Below, piece after piece: positions 35,440 to 36,634 of a stretch of 36,634 nucleotides of DNA; position 1 is the first letter of the stretch, and every line of letters starts with the position of its first letter. The notes below the pieces were generated by a model. It made no database searches, was not told the DNA's origin, and was given only the letters and a program-made list of their open reading frames with translations. Origin of the DNA: a virus (lineage: Duplodnaviria; Caudoviricetes); the IMG/VR virus record IMGVR_UViG_3300047545_000639, positions 1-36,634 of that record; one strand, given 5' to 3'. Made by a program: the position numbers and the translations under genes.

Positions 35440-35572
35440 ATTAAAATAAATTTGCGTGTAAACTTTTTTATGCTATGGAAAAAAAATTTTGAAATTAATT
35501 AAAATAAATTTGCACATAAAAAAGATTAGCCGTAATATTGCAACAGGTTTAACAATTAAAAACAATTAAATT

Positions 35573-36442
35573 ATGTTCTACATTAACAACAACAACAGCA
35601 TTAACGCCTTCTTACTTTTAGAGCAAGCGGGTTTGAATTGGTCAGCAAACAAAGAAGTTTTGCAAACGGCAAGTGGTATCATTACAGATAGCGTGGCTAT
35701 CGTTCGTGAGGATACGCAAAAAATTCTAGGGGTTCACAAAAATTCCTATGAGGTTTTCCAAAATCAGCAAATGGCAGAATTGCTTTTTGAGTTGTCGCAA
35801 TCAGCAGATTTGCCTATCCACTCGGCAGGGTCTTTGAATGGCGGTGCAAAGGTGTTTATCCAATTAAAAACAGATGACCTTAATTTGGGTTATGGTGACA
35901 AGGTGAAAGGCTTTTTAACGGCAGTTAATTCGTTCGATGGTTCAACGTCTTTAGCGTTCGGACATTCTCACCTTACAATCAGTTGCCAAAACACTTTCTT
36001 TGGTGCGTATCGTGGTTTGGGTTCAAAGGTGAAGCACACTAAATCAATGTCGGTTAAGGTTGAGGATTTGCTTAAATCAGCGGAGCAAGTACGCATTGAG
36101 GAGAAGGCAAACTTTGAGACAATCAAGAAGTTGTCAGAGGTTCAAATGTCAGACAAGCACGTTGACGAGGTCTTAAAGGCAATCTTTGCCGTTTCCCTTG
36201 CGGACGTTAAGGCAGACGCTGAAACTATCAGCACACGCAACAAAAACAACATTGTGCGTTTCAACGAGGCACTCAAGCAAGAAACCAACTACAAAGGCAA
36301 TACCTTGTGGGGTTTGTTCAGTGGTGTAACAAAGTACACTACACACTTTATCGGTGAGGGTAAAGAGGACACAAAGATGTTCGGGTCTATGGCTCAAAAG
36401 GAACGAAAGTTATTTGAGCAGTTCGCAGAGGTGGTGAAGTAA
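35573..36442 (+). CDS. DUF932 family (phage/plasmid TIGR03299-like) protein
   Basis: AGLNW...A.VREDT...LG...Y.V.QN...AGSL.GG.KVF...NSFDGS...CQNT...HT...GT.WGL...VT.Y..H motifs. Confidence 0.85.
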   Translation: MFYINNNNSINAFLLLEQAGLNWSANKEVLQTASGIITDSVAIVREDTQKILGVHKNSYEVFQNQQMAELLFELSQSADLPIHSAGSLNGGAKVFIQLKTDDLNLGYGDKVKGFLTAVNSFDGSTSLAFGHSHLTISCQNTFFGAYRGLGSKVKHTKSMSVKVEDLLKSAEQVRIEEKANFETIKKLSEVQMSDKHVDEVLKAIFAVSLADVKADAETISTRNKNNIVRFNEALKQETNYKGNTLWGLFSGVTKYTTHFIGEGKEDTKMFGSMAQKERKLFEQFAEVVK

Positions 36443-36461
36443 TCACCACACATTCGGAAAG

Positions 36462-36498
36462 GGGGCAGAGATGCCCCTTTTTTGCGTTTTAAGAGCGT
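36462..36498 (+). repeat. 37-bp direct repeat, copy 2
   Basis: Identical to 35178-35214. Confidence 0.9.
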
Positions 36499-36577
36499 TT
36501 AATATATAAAGATATGGCAATACCTTACTTTGTGGGCAAAAGTCCCTAGAAACGGCATTTGGTGGGCAAATAGGTAA

Positions 36578-36630
36578 TATACCCCTCCCCCCCTAGGTAT
36601 GCCCCCCTATATGGCGGGGGGGTTACCCCA
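36578..36630. other. non-coding C-run/G-run element
   Basis: TATACCCCTCCCCCCCTAGGTATGCCCCCCTATATGGCGGGGGGGTTACCCC in an otherwise AT-rich genome. Confidence 0.6.
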
Positions 36631-36634
36631 AAAG

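Larger units (their letters stand above)
18540..35540 (+). promoter_or_regulatory. array of about 40 early promoters on the plus strand
   Basis: TTG...TAA...TAnnTTT(G/A), TTG at about 18540, 18985, 19790, 20264, 20846, 21262, 21642, 22093, 22800, 23594, 24056, 24991, 25323, 25923, 26294, 26582, 27073, 27513, 27773, 28037, 28444, 28806, 29184, 29607, 30302, 30695, 30938, 31381, 31859, 32131, 32353, 32760, 33133, 33409, 33759, 34109, 34400, 34568, 35329 and 35510. Confidence 0.9.
18948..36483 (+). terminator. series of intrinsic terminators
   Basis: G-run/C-run hairpins (often GAAA/GAGA loops) plus T tracts at about 18948, 20227, 21604, 23545, 23973, 24941, 27034, 29568, 30657, 31331, 33082, 33692, 34035, 34350, 35178 and 36461. 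Confidence 0.8.

Noticed and set aside
18540-35540. Recurring 45-bp repeat read as a CRISPR array or integron attC sites
   Set aside because: Copies are degenerate, spaced by whole genes, match the Bacteroidetes promoter and lack attC core sites; no cas or integrase gene is in the window
206-36397. Many opposite-strand or nested ORFs in the track (e.g. 206, 4289, 5665, 16810, 22183, 22822, 32727, 34237, 35187, 36173)
   Set aside because: They overlap better-supported genes or promoter/terminator DNA and lack promoters and leaders
1-36634. Stop-codon reassignment explaining the short ORFs
   Set aside because: Recognisable domains are intact under the standard code, and TAA, TAG and TGA stops coincide with promoters, terminators or coupled starts

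Overview
This window looks like part of a large dsDNA phage (probably a T4-type/jumbo myovirus) infecting a Bacteroidota host. The host call rests on about 55 copies of the Bacteroidetes housekeeping-sigma promoter (TTG-N20-TAnnTTTG) and A-rich leaders without Shine-Dalgarno sequences. There are three blocks. (1) 1-7.5 kb, + strand: DHFR, lipoproteins, a tRNA-like gene with a 51-nt anticodon-loop region, a GIY-YIG nuclease and small paralogs whose tails resemble major-capsid (gp23) segments. (2) About 7.5-11.4 kb, around the transcription convergence point: GTGG-N6 repeats resembling MraZ boxes, palindromes, and successive dense zones of TGAATTC, GATC and CCAG/CTGG, partly written inside genes. 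(3) 8.7-36.5 kb: two divergent arms of early genes, mostly promoter-gene-terminator cassettes, with Gp88-like, two DUF932, DUF4241-like, SprT-like, DUF3846-like, a DUF6915/DUF6878/DUF6745 module, ParB-like and glucosaminidase-like genes, many small membrane or secreted peptides and two ORF-less candidate sRNA units. Other notable points are 3'-end segments complementary to the next gene's start region, many leaderless genes, and GATC fixed 11 nt upstream of four promoters. All family names come from motif recognition from memory and all counts are manual; no database search was run.
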